This document shows positions 1 through 11,795 of a DNA stretch of 64,000 bases, in pieces. A model generated the notes under the pieces. That model saw only the letters and a list, made by a program, of their open reading frames with translations. It was not told where the DNA came from and did not search any database. The translations under genes were made by a program, and so were the position numbers. Location: assembly GCF_020745735.1 (NCBI RefSeq), contig NC_083401.1:108807740-108871739 (forward strand), in the 5' to 3' direction. The stretch comes from Hemiscyllium ocellatum (Eukaryota). Each line of letters opens with the position of its first letter. Position 1 is the stretch's first letter.

Positions 1-299
1 GAATTCATTTTATTAGTCCACTAATGGACATCATCAGAAGACTGCACTTTTTATTACACTTGCATGTCATTAGAGCTGTTACTTGATTTACCTGTTTGTG
101 TCTTGTGCTAGGAGCAATAGCATCAAACATGATTTTAATGTAACATAAATATCACAGACAGCTCTTTGTTATTATGTTTACTGACTTCTGTCTGCCCGGT
201 TTCAGATAACTGCACTCTGCATTTCATTAATTCTAATCAGTGTCTGATGCCTGAAAAATTGCAATTCTGCACTTTTCAACAGAACATTACCTTCACACC

Positions 300-1070
300 T
301 TTTGTTTTATTTATTCATTCGGCAGTGTGTCACTGGCAAGGACAGATAGTTATCCAGCCCTAACTGTTGCTGAGAAGGTAGTGGTGAGCTGCCTTCTTGA
401 ATCCTTGTAATTCATCAGAGATCAGTACATCATAGTGCTGTTAGGAGGGGATTGCTAGCATTTTATTACCTTGGCAATGAAGGAACTGCAGCACAGTTCC
501 AAATCCAACCAGTGAGTTGGAATAGAATTTGCCATTACCTTTCTGGCTGGTACAAAGCATGTGTTTGAAAGGTGCTGGGAAGAAGCAAGATGCAGTGCAT
601 CTTGTGGATGGTACACATTACTGTATGTTGTTACTGGATGAAATGAATGTGATGGGTTAGCTGATAATCAAACAGAATTCTTTCTCCTGTGCAGTGCTGT
701 AATTTGAGAGAGTTATCAAAGCTGCAGTCTTCCAAGCAAGTGGAAAGTAGTCCATCAGATTCCTAACTTGAGTTTTGTGGACACACTTTCAGGAATCAGA
801 TGTAAGTTGCTTATTGCAGATTCCCAGCCTTAAACTTCATCTTCCAGACTGTGTAATGTGTAACTGGTCTAGTTATGTTTAATAGAAAGTGAGGACTGCA
901 GATGCTGGAGATCAGAGCTGAAAATGTGTTGCTGGAAAGGCGCAACAGGTCAGGATGCTGCCTGACCTGCTGCACCTTTCCAGCAATGCATTTTCAGCTA
1001 GTTAAGTTTTAGGTCAGTTGTGACCTGTAGAAGTATTGGAATATTGAGTGTCATGGCGAGGCCATTAGAT
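300..1070 (-). mobile_element. Decayed 3' fragment of CR1/L2-clade LINE family B, interrupted by a fold-back element
   Basis: Reverse-complement similarity to the copies at 15740-16400 and 51790-52640 (e.g. gagaaggtagtggtgagctgccttcttgaa). Confidence 0.6.
885..999. mobile_element. Penelope-derived fold-back mini-element, family A, without hammerhead core
   Basis: About 40 bp inverted arms (agctgaaaatgtgttgctggaaagg.../...cctttccagcaatgcattttcagct) plus a tail on the left arm. TSD-like agttatgttt (871-880) / agttaagttt (1000-1009). Confidence 0.8.
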
Positions 1071-1486
1071 CGGTACTGAACAAACCATTTGTGATCCCAT
1101 TTCAGAATTTGAAAATAAATGTGGCCGAAACAGCCAGCTAAAACAAAACAGAACAAGAGTTGCTCTCAGTTGAGCACATCCTTTCACCACACTGTGCTAC
1201 TCCTGTATTATTAAAGTCTTGCAGCTCTGCCCTGAGGATTTGTCCTGCCTCTAACAAGCTTCTAGCTGCAAAAAGAAATCTTTTTCATTTAGAGCATCCT
1301 TCTCATTGAAAAGGCTTCAATCTAATGCACATCCAAAGGAGTTAGATTCTGCTTTTAGAATGGTCATTACTTGTTATTTATGTGGCACAAATGTTATTTA
1401 TCACTTCTCAGTTCAAGCCTGGTCAATCTTGAACTTATATGTAAACATTGTGTCATTATCAGAAGAATTGTGAATGGAATCAAACA

Positions 1487-1791
1487 GGGCGGCACGGTGG
1501 CACAGTGGTTAGCACTGTTGCCTCACAGCGCCAGAGACCCGGGTTCAGGCGACTGACTGTGTGGAGTTTGCAAGGTCCCCCCGTGTCTGCGTGGGTTTCC
1601 TCCAGGTGCTCCGGTTTCCTGCCACAGTCCAAAGATGTGCAGGTCAGGTGAATTGGCCATGCTAAATTGCCCGTAGTGTTAGGTAGGGGGTAAATGTAGG
1701 GGTATGGATAGGTTGCGCTTTGGCGGGTTGGTGTGGACTTGTTGGGCCGAAGGGCCTGTTTCCACACTGTAAGTAATCTAATCTAATCTAA
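1487..1791 (+). mobile_element. HE1-type V-SINE (tRNA-derived)
   Basis: A-box tggcacagtgg, B-box ggttca with a small deletion after it, V-domain ccgtgtctgcgtgggtttcctcc, HER1/CR1-like 3' end and (tctaa)n tail. Confidence 0.9.
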
Positions 1792-1895
1792 TTGCTTTAA
1801 TCAACAAATAATCCCTGTTTCTGACATTGTAATGGAGGGAAAGTTATTGATAAAGCTGAAGATGATCAGACCTAGGAAATTACAAAGCGGATTCA

Positions 1896-2160
1896 GGACC
1901 CTGTTGTAGTGCAGTGGTAATGTCCCTACCCCTAGACTGGAAGACCTAGGTTCAAGTCTCGCCTGCTCCAGAGGTGTCTAATAACATCTCTGAACAGGTT
2001 GTTTCAAAAAAATAGGTTAAGTAAAAAGAAAATTACAGTCAGAATTTAGGGCTTTTGTGGTATCGTGGTAATGCCCCTACCTTTCAGCCAGAAGATACAG
2101 GTTCAAGCACTATTCTGCCTCAGAGATATGCCCTGATATGTCTGAACAGGTTGATAGGAA
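1896..2160 (+). mobile_element. Two tandem copies of a short (about 110 bp) tRNA-derived element
   Basis: 1896-2003 and 2048-2156 each have an A-box-like (tagtgcagtgg / tggtatcgtgg) and B-box-like (ggttcaag) motif and end in tctgaacaggttg. A third copy lies at about 43205. Confidence 0.65.
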
Positions 2161-3756
2161 ACCAGCTACAGAGAAGATTTATGGGAACACTGAGACATAG
2201 CAGTGCCTCTAATCCTGTCTATAACCCAGGAATTCTACCAGAGGAGCTTCAGATGTGTGTAATAACGTCTAAACAGCTTGACTAGAGAGAAAAGAAAATC
2301 TCGGGAGGATTTCCTGCGAAAATGTGTTGGGACTAAGGTGATTGACTTCCAACAATCTCAAAGGTATTCCTTTGTACTAGGTACAACTCCAGTAATGCCG
2401 AGCTTTCCCACAGTTCCTATTTACTTCAATTTTACTGGGGCCTCTTGGTGCCATACTCAGTCACATTCTGCCTTGATTTCAATTAACTTGCTGTATTCAG
2501 CTCCTTCTATCCACATCTGGAGAAAATGGTTCTCATGGAATCCAAACTGCCTCAGGTAAAGAGACTACTGCAGAGTAAGTGCCACTTAACAACCCTACTT
2601 CCTGTGGTCTGTTGATTGTGAATCAACTAATGAGGCATAATTGGTTGGATTCGATTTGTCCTGCTTTTTGTGAACATGATATAACTTGGCAATTTTCCAC
2701 ATTGTTGTTTGGATGTCATTGGACTGGAACAGCTTACCTACGTCTGCAGGGCACGTACTCATTTAGTTTTTTTTTAACCTGACATTTACTCATTGAAGTT
2801 TTGCTGATGCAAAGATTATTCTTTTGTTCAAACACCATGAGACTTCCAGCATTATGGGTGTTTTTTTCTGAGTTTGTCCTGAAATTAGGACAGGCCAAGA
2901 ATCAGTGTTTTGTGCAGTGTATGACTTTCATATGGTTAAACTCCAAACAATGATGAATAATTCTGAAATGGTTAAACGTTTTACAAAATTGACACTTAGC
3001 AATATTACATGCACAGGCTTTGTGATTTTAAATTCCTCATTTTTAAGCTTCTATTTAAATGCACAATGCCCAACACAAGTCGTATCTAATTTAAGTTGTA
3101 TCATCACAGCAATATATTTAAATGTACATGTATAAGTGGAAAAAATGTATTAATCCCAACCTAAGCATTTTAATGCATCTAATTTTCGAATGCAAACGCA
3201 TCATGAATTTGTTTGTATGTTTCTTGTGAATATTTTAAGAATGTAATTTTAGCAAAGGTTGCATTGAAGTGAGATACAAACCCCAAACCACAAATCACAG
3301 TGAGCTCCATAAATCATAAAGCCCTAGAGTGCAAAGGTATTTCGTGTGTGCTCAGTGAACTGCTAGATGAATTCATTGAAAGCTGAATTGCATAAAAGTT
3401 TTGTTTGTTTCGAGGAAAGTGAAAATTAACTCCCTGCAGAATTCTGTAAGCAAAGCCTTCCATGCCATAAAGTGCTTATAATCTCATTAAAGCGGTTGAG
3501 CTGGAGCCCTGTGAGAGAACTCACAGCTCTAAGCAACCTGTTACCTATGTCACGAAGGGCATTGCTCTATAATGAGTTGTGCTCATGAAGGTGGTGTGTG
3601 ATCGTATATGAAGAAAGGGCCAGGACGGTAATCAGGCTTGTAATTTTAAAAACAGACATATGGTTAAACACTTCAGTTATATTAAGTCCATTTGATTTAT
3701 TGACTTTTTGTGAGCTTTATGTCTGTGCTTAACCCCCAACTGCCTTTTGTCATTAG

Positions 3757-3862
3757 ATGTACAAAACGAAAACGAACGGTTGGAAAAGTATCGAATGCTA
3801 ATACAGACATTACCACGTGTCAACCGGGTTACTCTTGCAGCACTGATTGGTCACCTTTACAG
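3757..3862 (+). CDS. ARAP2: ARAP2 internal coding exon (RhoGAP domain): DVQNENERLEKYRMLIQTLPRVNRVTLAALIGHLYR
   Basis: Acceptor ttttgtcattag, donor AG|gtatgt, 106 nt, phase 1 to 2. The LPxVNRxTLxALIxHLYR motif is typical of ARAP-family RhoGAP domains. Joins in frame to 14886. Confidence 0.93.
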
Positions 3863-4176
3863 GTATGTGGAGTTTTATTTCTGTAGCTTCAGTATGAACA
3901 TTACATGCCCCTTGTTCATGTTAGAATGCATCAATAGTTCCAGGTAAATATACATGGGATATGTCTGCCCTTCTCTGGGGTAGGCACAAGTTAACAGGTA
4001 ATTTGTAATTGAATAATGATTCAATGGTTTTTTTCATACATTACATACAAGTTCCTCAAAGATTGGAGGATTTAGTTCATGACATAATTTGCATGGCCTC
4101 TTTTTCCAACGTAAAATATATCAAATGCCATTTGTTTAGAGATTGCTTAGCCAGAAGTGGAAAATGATTGTGAGAG

Positions 4177-4580
4177 AAAACAAAAAATGATTAAAACTTC
4201 AGCAGGTAAAGCTGAATCCGTGGAGAGAAACAGTTAACATTTTGGATTGATTAGATTAGATTAGATTACTTACAGTGTGGAAACAGGCCCTTCGGCTCAA
4301 CAAGTCCACACCGACCTGCGCAACCCACCCATACCCCTACATTTACCCCTTACCTAACACTATGGGCAATTTAGCATGGCCAATTCACCTGACCTGCACA
4401 TCTTTGGACTGTGGGAGGAAACCGGAGCACCCGGAGGAAACCCACGCAGACACGGGGAGAATGTGCAAACTCCACACAGTCAGTCGCCTGAGGCGGGAAT
4501 TGAACCCGGGTCTCTGGCGCTGTGAGGCAGCAGTGCTAACCACTGTGCCACCGTGCCGCCCACAGTCCTTCATCAGAACA
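4177..4580 (-). mobile_element. Decayed Penelope family C end, split by an HE1 SINE
   Basis: cagcagg...gtggagagaaacagttaacatttt left of the SINE and ccttcatcagaac right of it match the family C copies at 17270 and 47655. Confidence 0.55.
4249..4561 (-). mobile_element. HE1-type V-SINE
   Basis: Reverse complement of the 1487 copy, with (ttaga)n tail and intact B-box (gggaattgaacc on +). Confidence 0.92.
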
Positions 4581-4898
4581 TAAAATGTCCAGGAATTAAT
4601 AAGATCTCTGTGAATTCCATAGAGAAGTTCCCTAGATAAGTCCATTGATGGTGAATCCCAAACAGTGCCTTTACCCTTATTCTGATCTAAAATGTGGAAT
4701 CTTGTTGAAACTAGCTGAGCATTGTTCAGTTTCACTCCTCCTCCCCTTTACGGTGATGGCTGATGCTTGAGAAGAGATTCCAAATGTTGAAAGCCCTCAA
4801 ACACTTTGCCCAGTGACTGCAGGCATGTCTGAATCCAGACGGTGCATGTAAAAAGGGTATGAAGTGTTAGAGCTAGTGTCAGAACATTGAGGCCAGTT

Positions 4899-5064
4899 GT
4901 CATAGAGTCATACAGTCATAGAGATGTACAGCATGGAAACAGACCCTTTGGTCCAACCCGTCCATGCCGACCAGATATCCCAACCCAATCTAGTCCCACC
5001 TGCCAGCACCCAGCCCATATCCCTCCAAACCCTTCCTGTTCAAATACCCATCCAAATGCCTCTT
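4899..5064 (-). mobile_element. HER1/CR1 LINE 3' end
   Basis: catagagtcatacagtcatagagatgtacagcatggaaacag matches the 3' end of the long CR1 at 56557. Confidence 0.85.
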
Positions 5065-6751
5065 GTAGTTTGATGCTTTATCTATTGATTCTGAAAGGCT
5101 CATGATCCATCTAGATAAGGTTTAAATCCATGCTCAAGTTACCAAACAATAAGCAAATGAATTGTTGTCGTCTTTCTGACAATAACACAGACAAAAATAA
5201 TTCCTCATTGACCTGCTGAGGTACTCAATGGCACTTCAGAGCAAACCACCATAAATTCACTTTGGAGATCAGTATTGGATCTCATCATGTGTCGAAAGAA
5301 GGTCTGTATGGCAATAACAGAGAGCATTTCGAGCACATGTGTGCAAGATCATCTAAAATAACACTAAGCTTTTATGTTGCTTAATCTGCTATTCTGTGCA
5401 GCAAAGTCCACCAGTACGTATAACCTCCATACAGATGGTCTCTAGCCACATCATGTTGAATCAGACACAAATCCAGTACGGGGCTTTCATGATATTATAA
5501 GGATACCTTGTAAGTTCATTGGAGAGCAGAGATCTTGCCAATCATTAATAGTAGCACAGCGGAGCACTAATAAAATTATTTAACTGTACTAATAGAAAGA
5601 TTCTCATCAGCTATTTAATAACCACCTAGCGAAAATTCTTCTTCTGGAAGCCATGCACAGTCTGTTTAGATTTGAGATGGCACACTGGCAATCAAGCTTG
5701 GCATCAAGTTAATTCTTTATTGCAAACTGGGTAATCCAATAACTGAATCCGGTTCAATAGCTTGACTAGCCTGTGAGACTTAGTGAAGCGGTTTGACATT
5801 TTGAGGTGGAATTCTTCCTGTTCAGTTCCAGATAACCAGTTGTAAATATGACAGAACACCTTCGGAAATGGATGGCCAGCAAACTGATCCATTTCCCAGC
5901 ATTATTTTTCTGACCTCGGTGAAATATTACTGTAGGATGTTATTAGCTGCCCTACAATTAACTGGAAAGAATTATTATTTACCTTTATTTTCAGGTGTGT
6001 GGCTTATTTTCTAATTCCTTATTGTGAAGTCGATAGGTGTTGGACAGTCAGCATATTCTCTGTTCTTTCCCAATTATATTTTTAACTGATCAATCTAATG
6101 TACCCCTAAGTTGATTTGTCCTCATTTATTTATTTTTTTCCTCATTCAATCTATGCATAGCATTACTATTCTTTATTTAGTTCACAGAATCCTAATGGTG
6201 TGGTCAGGTCCAGGGATATATGTTAACTTTTTTCTCAATTTCTTAAATAGGCGAGATGGTAAATTGCAATGAGGAATTAAGAACCTCCTAAATGAATATA
6301 GATAGATTCGGAGATTGGGCCAAAATGTGGCTGATGGAGTTTAACATGGATGAGTGTGAGGTCATGCATTTGGTTTGAAAAAATGGGAAGGCGATCTATT
6401 ATCTTAATGGGGAGAGACTTCAGGATGCACCAGTGCAGAGGGATCTAGATGTATCCGATCATGAGTCACAGAAACCTAGTGTGCATGGACAGTAGATAAT
6501 AGAGAAAGCAAATAGAATGTTGGCTTTAATACTAAAGGAATAGAATATAAAGGTCAGGAAGTAATGTTGAAACTATACAAGGTATTGGTGAGACCGCACC
6601 TGGAGTATTGTGCACAGTTTTGATCCCCTTATTTGAGGGAACATGTCGTAGCACTGAAGGCATGTAAGGAGGATTTAAGTAAATATAAGGAGGAGTTAGA
6701 CAGATTTTTAATCAGTAATGGGATGAAGGAATATGGAGAAAAGGCAGGAAA

Positions 6752-7140
6752 CCATTATCAATTAAAAAGCTGTCTAATTCCTCCTTAAGTGTATTCACTC
6801 TCTCAACATTCACCACACTTTGGGACAGCGAATTCCACAGATTCACAACTCTTTGGGGGAAGTAGTTTCTCCTCAACTCTGTTTTAAATTTGCTACCCTT
6901 ATCCTGACTGTGACCTCTTGCCTTAGAATGCCCCACAAGTGGAAGTATCTGCTCCACGTCTATTTTATCCACATCTTTTCTCATCTTGAATACCGCAATT
7001 TGATCCCCGCTCATTCTTCTAAATTCCAGAGTATAAAGGCCGAAAGTGTTAAACCTCTCTTCAAATGACAAATCCCTCATCTCTGGCATCAATCTCGCGA
7101 ACCTCCTCTGAACTGTCTCCAGTGCCACAACATCTTTAAA
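6752..7140 (-). mobile_element. CR1 LINE ORF2 C-terminal fragment
   Basis: ORF 6712-7128 reads LETVQRRFARLMPEM...RVVNLWNSL, the CR1 ORF2 tail. Confidence 0.85.
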
Positions 7141-7145
7141 ATCCT

Positions 7146-7712
7146 AGTGTCATAGAGATGCATAGCACGGAAACAGACCCTTCAGTCCAACTCGTCCATG
7201 TTGACCAAGTATCCTAATCTAATCTGGTCCCATTTGCCAGCACTTGGCTCATCACCCTCTAAACCCTTCCTAGTCATATGCCCATCCAGATGCCTTTTAA
7301 ATGCTGTAATTATACCAATCTCCACCATTTCCTCTGGCAGCTCATATCATACACAAACCACTCTCTGAATGAAATAACTGCTGCTTAGGTCCCTTTCCCC
7401 TCTCACCCTAAACCTATGTCCTCTAGTTCTGGATTCCTCACCCCAGGGGAGAAAAAACCTTGTCTATTTAACGTGTCCATGCTCCTCGTGATTTTGTCAA
7501 CCTCTATAAGGTCAATCCTCAGCTCTGACGCTCGAGGGAAAATAGTCCCAGTCTGTTCAGCCTCTCCCTACAGCTCATATCCTCCAACCTTGGCAACATC
7601 CTTGTAAATCTTTTCTGAATCCTTTCAAGTTTCACAACATCTTTCTGATAGGATGGAGACCAGAATTGCATGCAGTATTCCAACAGGGGCCTAACTAATG
7701 TCCTGTACAGCT
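7146..7712 (-). mobile_element. HER1/CR1 LINE 3' fragment
   Basis: Colinear with 56557-57110. Confidence 0.88.
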
Positions 7713-10700
7713 GAATGACCTAATTCTGCTCCTAAATCTTATGAACTTATAACTGTCTGACAGATGGAATTCTCTAAACTTTGTTACACTGAGATATTGT
7801 CACGTCCATTATCCAGAAGTGGAGGTTTGTTGATTTGTGCTTTCAGTTCAGTTCTGAATTTTCATTTTCCTATGTCGTAGCTTATTTGTTGAACAAAGAT
7901 AGAGCGATATCGTTGTTTGCATGTTTGCTTCTGACTTCCTCATGAAAAGTCATACTCTGATGTCTTGGAGCTGATCCATTTTACTGAGGGTGAATGTATT
8001 CTGATTATTTTATGCATTATGTAAATGCAACTCTCTGAAGACAAGTGATAGACTTCTCATTTTCTGGGTTTGATGTTTATTCTGCCAATTGACTTGTGGA
8101 GCAGACACTCCTCTGTGATATGCAGCACTGTCCATGTTGCTTTGCAAATACAAACCTCTTATGCTGTACAGGCGCCCTGACTTGGCCTAAACCCGTTTTA
8201 ACAGGGACCATACTTTTCATGGTAGTCCAAAGCTTGCTGAGGTTTGTCAGAAGAAACTTTTAGTGATTTTTCATCTTTCCCATTCTTTGATCCAAAGGCT
8301 GCTTGCTGATAGAGCTTTCTCAGGAATGTTGCCCTGGGTGGGTGCAAGGATGGAAAATGGGAATTAGTTGGATTGAACAGGTCTTTACAAAATGCCAAGT
8401 GAGGTGCAGCATGGATGGTTTCAAACAGCTTGTGAATTTTCATCAAAGGGTGATGTATTGGGGAGTCAATTTTGTGAGGGCAGCAGTACTAGGAAGGGGT
8501 TTTGTGTGGAGAGTTCCAAAATTAGAGCAGACATTGATGTGTGTGTGTGGTGACCTTTTGCTAGACATGTACATGGTATTCTGGCACAGCAAGTGCTGAA
8601 GTCCAGAGTATTGTGGCAGAAGTACCCAATATAGTTCTATCAAATTTGATTAATAAGTTGTTCTGGTTTTGACCTTTACTTCTTCAGATATACTTAGAAG
8701 GTCTATCTAGATTCAGACGTAAGTATGTTGGGGGGGGGGGGAGGGGTGCAGGAGTGAGGATGATGATTTAGCCTCTGACCATCCATGTAGGTACACAGTT
8801 CGTCTTTGGCATTGGCATTATGAAGGAAGAATAGATGTGATATGGTTTTATAGCTTAGATTTATTTTCCTGCCTTTTTCTCCCCATGCCAAGGTATATAT
8901 TATTGTAAACTATGGTCTGAGTTTCATAGAGCCAAACATCATGTTCTGTCAAAAGTAATTACAGCATGCATTGATATGGACCAAAGAATAAAAGAAATAA
9001 AGGAAAACAATAAAGCAGTTGTCTTATGCATAAGTGTGTGTTGTATTAACAGACAGGTGAAGGCATATCTCAGTAGAATATATACCTCTTCTTCACCACG
9101 TTAAGTTTTTTGCAATTACCCTGTTCCTCCTGAGACATTTCCCTGCTGCGCTAATGCTCTACAACCTTCAAGTTTTGAAAATAAGTCTTTTTGAAATTAT
9201 TATTAGAAACTTCTACTTATTCAGAGCCTTCAGAATAATCCCCAACTGGCAACACGCTCTGAAAACTCTGCTTAAATTTTGTCAACTATGTCAAATCGCA
9301 CCGTAGTGGCTGGGCCATTAACAACATGCCTAAAAAATATAAATTTGTCCAATCTCCCAATGTTAATGGATCCTTCCAAAATCCAGGTATACATCTTCAC
9401 TAATGTCAAAATCTTTCTGATTAGATTGCACTCTTTCAGGATACCAAGTTTAGTTAAAATTTGTCTATTAGATTTTGAGACATATTGATTATAAACTAAC
9501 AGGTCGATGTGGCAAGGATGTGGCTTCGACATTACTGTCGATGTGGCAAGGATAACTATTGATTCAGCTGTAAGTTTTGGTGATGAAGATAGATGAGTTG
9601 TAAAACAACTTCCAAATTGGGAAAACAAAATGTGCTCACTGTAGGTTTTTGTCAATTCCACATACTGTTCAGTTTGGGGAGAATCATAAAGCATAGGAAA
9701 AGGCTGTTCAATCCGTAACTTTCTATGCCTTGTAAATATATAACAAAAAATGTAAAATTTAAAGTGGATTGAAGGGCACCTGTTGCTAAACTACAGGAGC
9801 TGGCTCCTGGAAAACATTACAAACCACACATTTCATGTTGTTTGGTTATTCCATGGATTTCACCCAGTGTTACTCAGAACCATTTTAGTGAAGTTGGAAT
9901 TGGAGTTCATTTCATATTTTGCTCTCTGGTCCAACCAGAAGTGCTCAAACAATGTGTCACTAAGTTGTGACCATGTTTTTCAACTCTCTCTCTCTCTTAA
10001 CTCACATAAACAGAGAGTTAAGGTTTGAATGAGCAACCTCTCTTACCTTAAGTATGTGTGGATTTTCAAAAGATAATACTGTAGGGTCCACCAGCATTTA
10101 TTCTAATATTCCTGATCTCTGGGAATGAAACTCTGAGACAACAAACAAGGAAGACTTCCAGTACTATAGACTCTAACTTCTCAACCAGATGTCCCAAAGT
10201 GCTTTATAGGCAAGGATATATTTTTGAAGGGAAGTCACTATCGTAGGAACTATCTTACTCAGAAATTGTCTTGGCTGGACCGATCAGGATCCAGCTCCAT
10301 ATTAACTGTTCCCCTGCACAGTTCTTACACTGTTAAAATCTCACCATGACCCCTTTACTGAATGCCTAATGGTTAATATGTTACTCTTGTGCTCAGAAAT
10401 CTGTAGAAATCAATTAAATATTAATATATTGGGGTTTATTAACAATAAAAGCATTAGAAAGGAGTTAGCATTGGCATATATGTGCTTTTAGAGTGCACGC
10501 TGAATCAATCAATTCATTTTACTGATGCTTGATGCATTTCACGCTTCAGAGAATAAATATAATATATTGAATTTTCTTGTTTCCTAGTGATTCATTTTGA
10601 TAAACCTATAAATTTTCAGTTTTCTTAGAATAGTGGTGTATAAATTCAATTCACGTTTTGCATTGAGTTGTTAGTTAACTTCTTTAATATAGAACGTAGA

Positions 10701-11429
10701 TGATTTTTACTGATATCATCTGTTCACTGAAACTAACAGAACATTGAAATAAAGAAGCAGAAAATGGATGAAACAAAAGGAGAGGATACTCTTTCATCAC
10801 CTGGGATTGGAGTTCGAATGCACGTATAACTGATGGGGGAATATCTCTTCTCTTGACCTAGCATCCTAAGTGAAATTAATTTGGGTTTGCTTAACAGAAC
10901 TCTTAGGAGATAGTGATATTTGGTTGGCAACGAATTGTAATGTCTTTCAGAGAAGCTTCTAGGACACCTGATGTAGAAAATAAATATGTACACTGCTGTA
11001 CGAGGTTATCTAAAATGGTTGTTAGGTATATTTTTGGAACACTTTAAGTGAAGCTTAACTCTGTATGTTGTGCAGGCTACACTTGACCCTAGAGTGTTGA
11101 CACTGGGCTAAAAGGGAAAATGATTTCCATTCTCCAACAGTGACATCCTTCACCTTGAGCATAAAAAGTCAGACAATTCTTAAGAGATTATGGAAGGAGA
11201 ATATGTAATGTGAGAACTTGAACAGTGCTGCTTTCCATATATATATGTGTGTGGAAAGGAAGATGATTGTCAAATTATTTTAAGTAAAAGTCAACATTAA
11301 ATGATAACTGTTTGCCTGAAGTTTAAACAAATATAAAATGAAAAAGAAAAAAATTAGAAAATAATTGGTCATAAGGCATTTCTTTTTTGTCAGTTGCGAG
11401 GGAGTTGGTTTTCAACTTTTTTTAACAGT

Positions 11430-11795
11430 AGAGGGCAACGTCGTAATAATGTCACTAGGTTAGTAATTCAGAGGATGTGTGCGTGTGAGTTCAAATCCCG
11501 CCTCCCACGATGGCAGCTGGTGGAATTTAAATTCAGTTACAAAATCAGGAATGGAAAACTAGTCTCATTGATACTCATAAAATGCATCTGTTTCACATAT
11601 TGTCCATTAGGAAAGAAAATCTGCCATCCTTAACTAGGCTGCCCTGACTTTTTGTGACTCCGGACCCACAGCAATTTGGTCAACCACACTCAAAACTGAA
11701 CCAATGAAACCCTCAGTTCAAAAACAATCAGGGAATGGGCAACAAATTCAGATTCTGCCAGCAATGCCTGCATTCCATGAAAGAATATAAAAAGC
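11430..11795 (+). mobile_element. tRNA-derived SINE with a family-B LINE 3' tail
   Basis: B-box gagttcaaatcc, body similar to 26059-26620, tail cagcaatgcctgcattccatgaaagaat. Confidence 0.7.

Larger units (their letters stand above)
6250..7750 (+). mobile_element. Old CR1 LINE 3' fragment (RT C-terminus) with nested insertions
   Basis: Reads WAKMWLMEFNMDECEVMH and LVRPHLEYCAQF. The 3' end resumes at about 7711 (ctgaatgacctaattctgctcct). Confidence 0.75.

Noticed and set aside
1487-1560. tRNA gene
   Set aside because: The A and B boxes belong to the SINE head and continue into SINE body; there is no complete cloverleaf.
8160-8700. Possible L1/Tx1 or other coding remnant on the minus strand
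   Set aside because: No diagnostic motif could be identified.
9272-9694. 140-aa minus-strand ORF
   Set aside because: No recognisable protein. It contains decayed CR1-like scraps (VYLDF, TKLG) in mixed frames.
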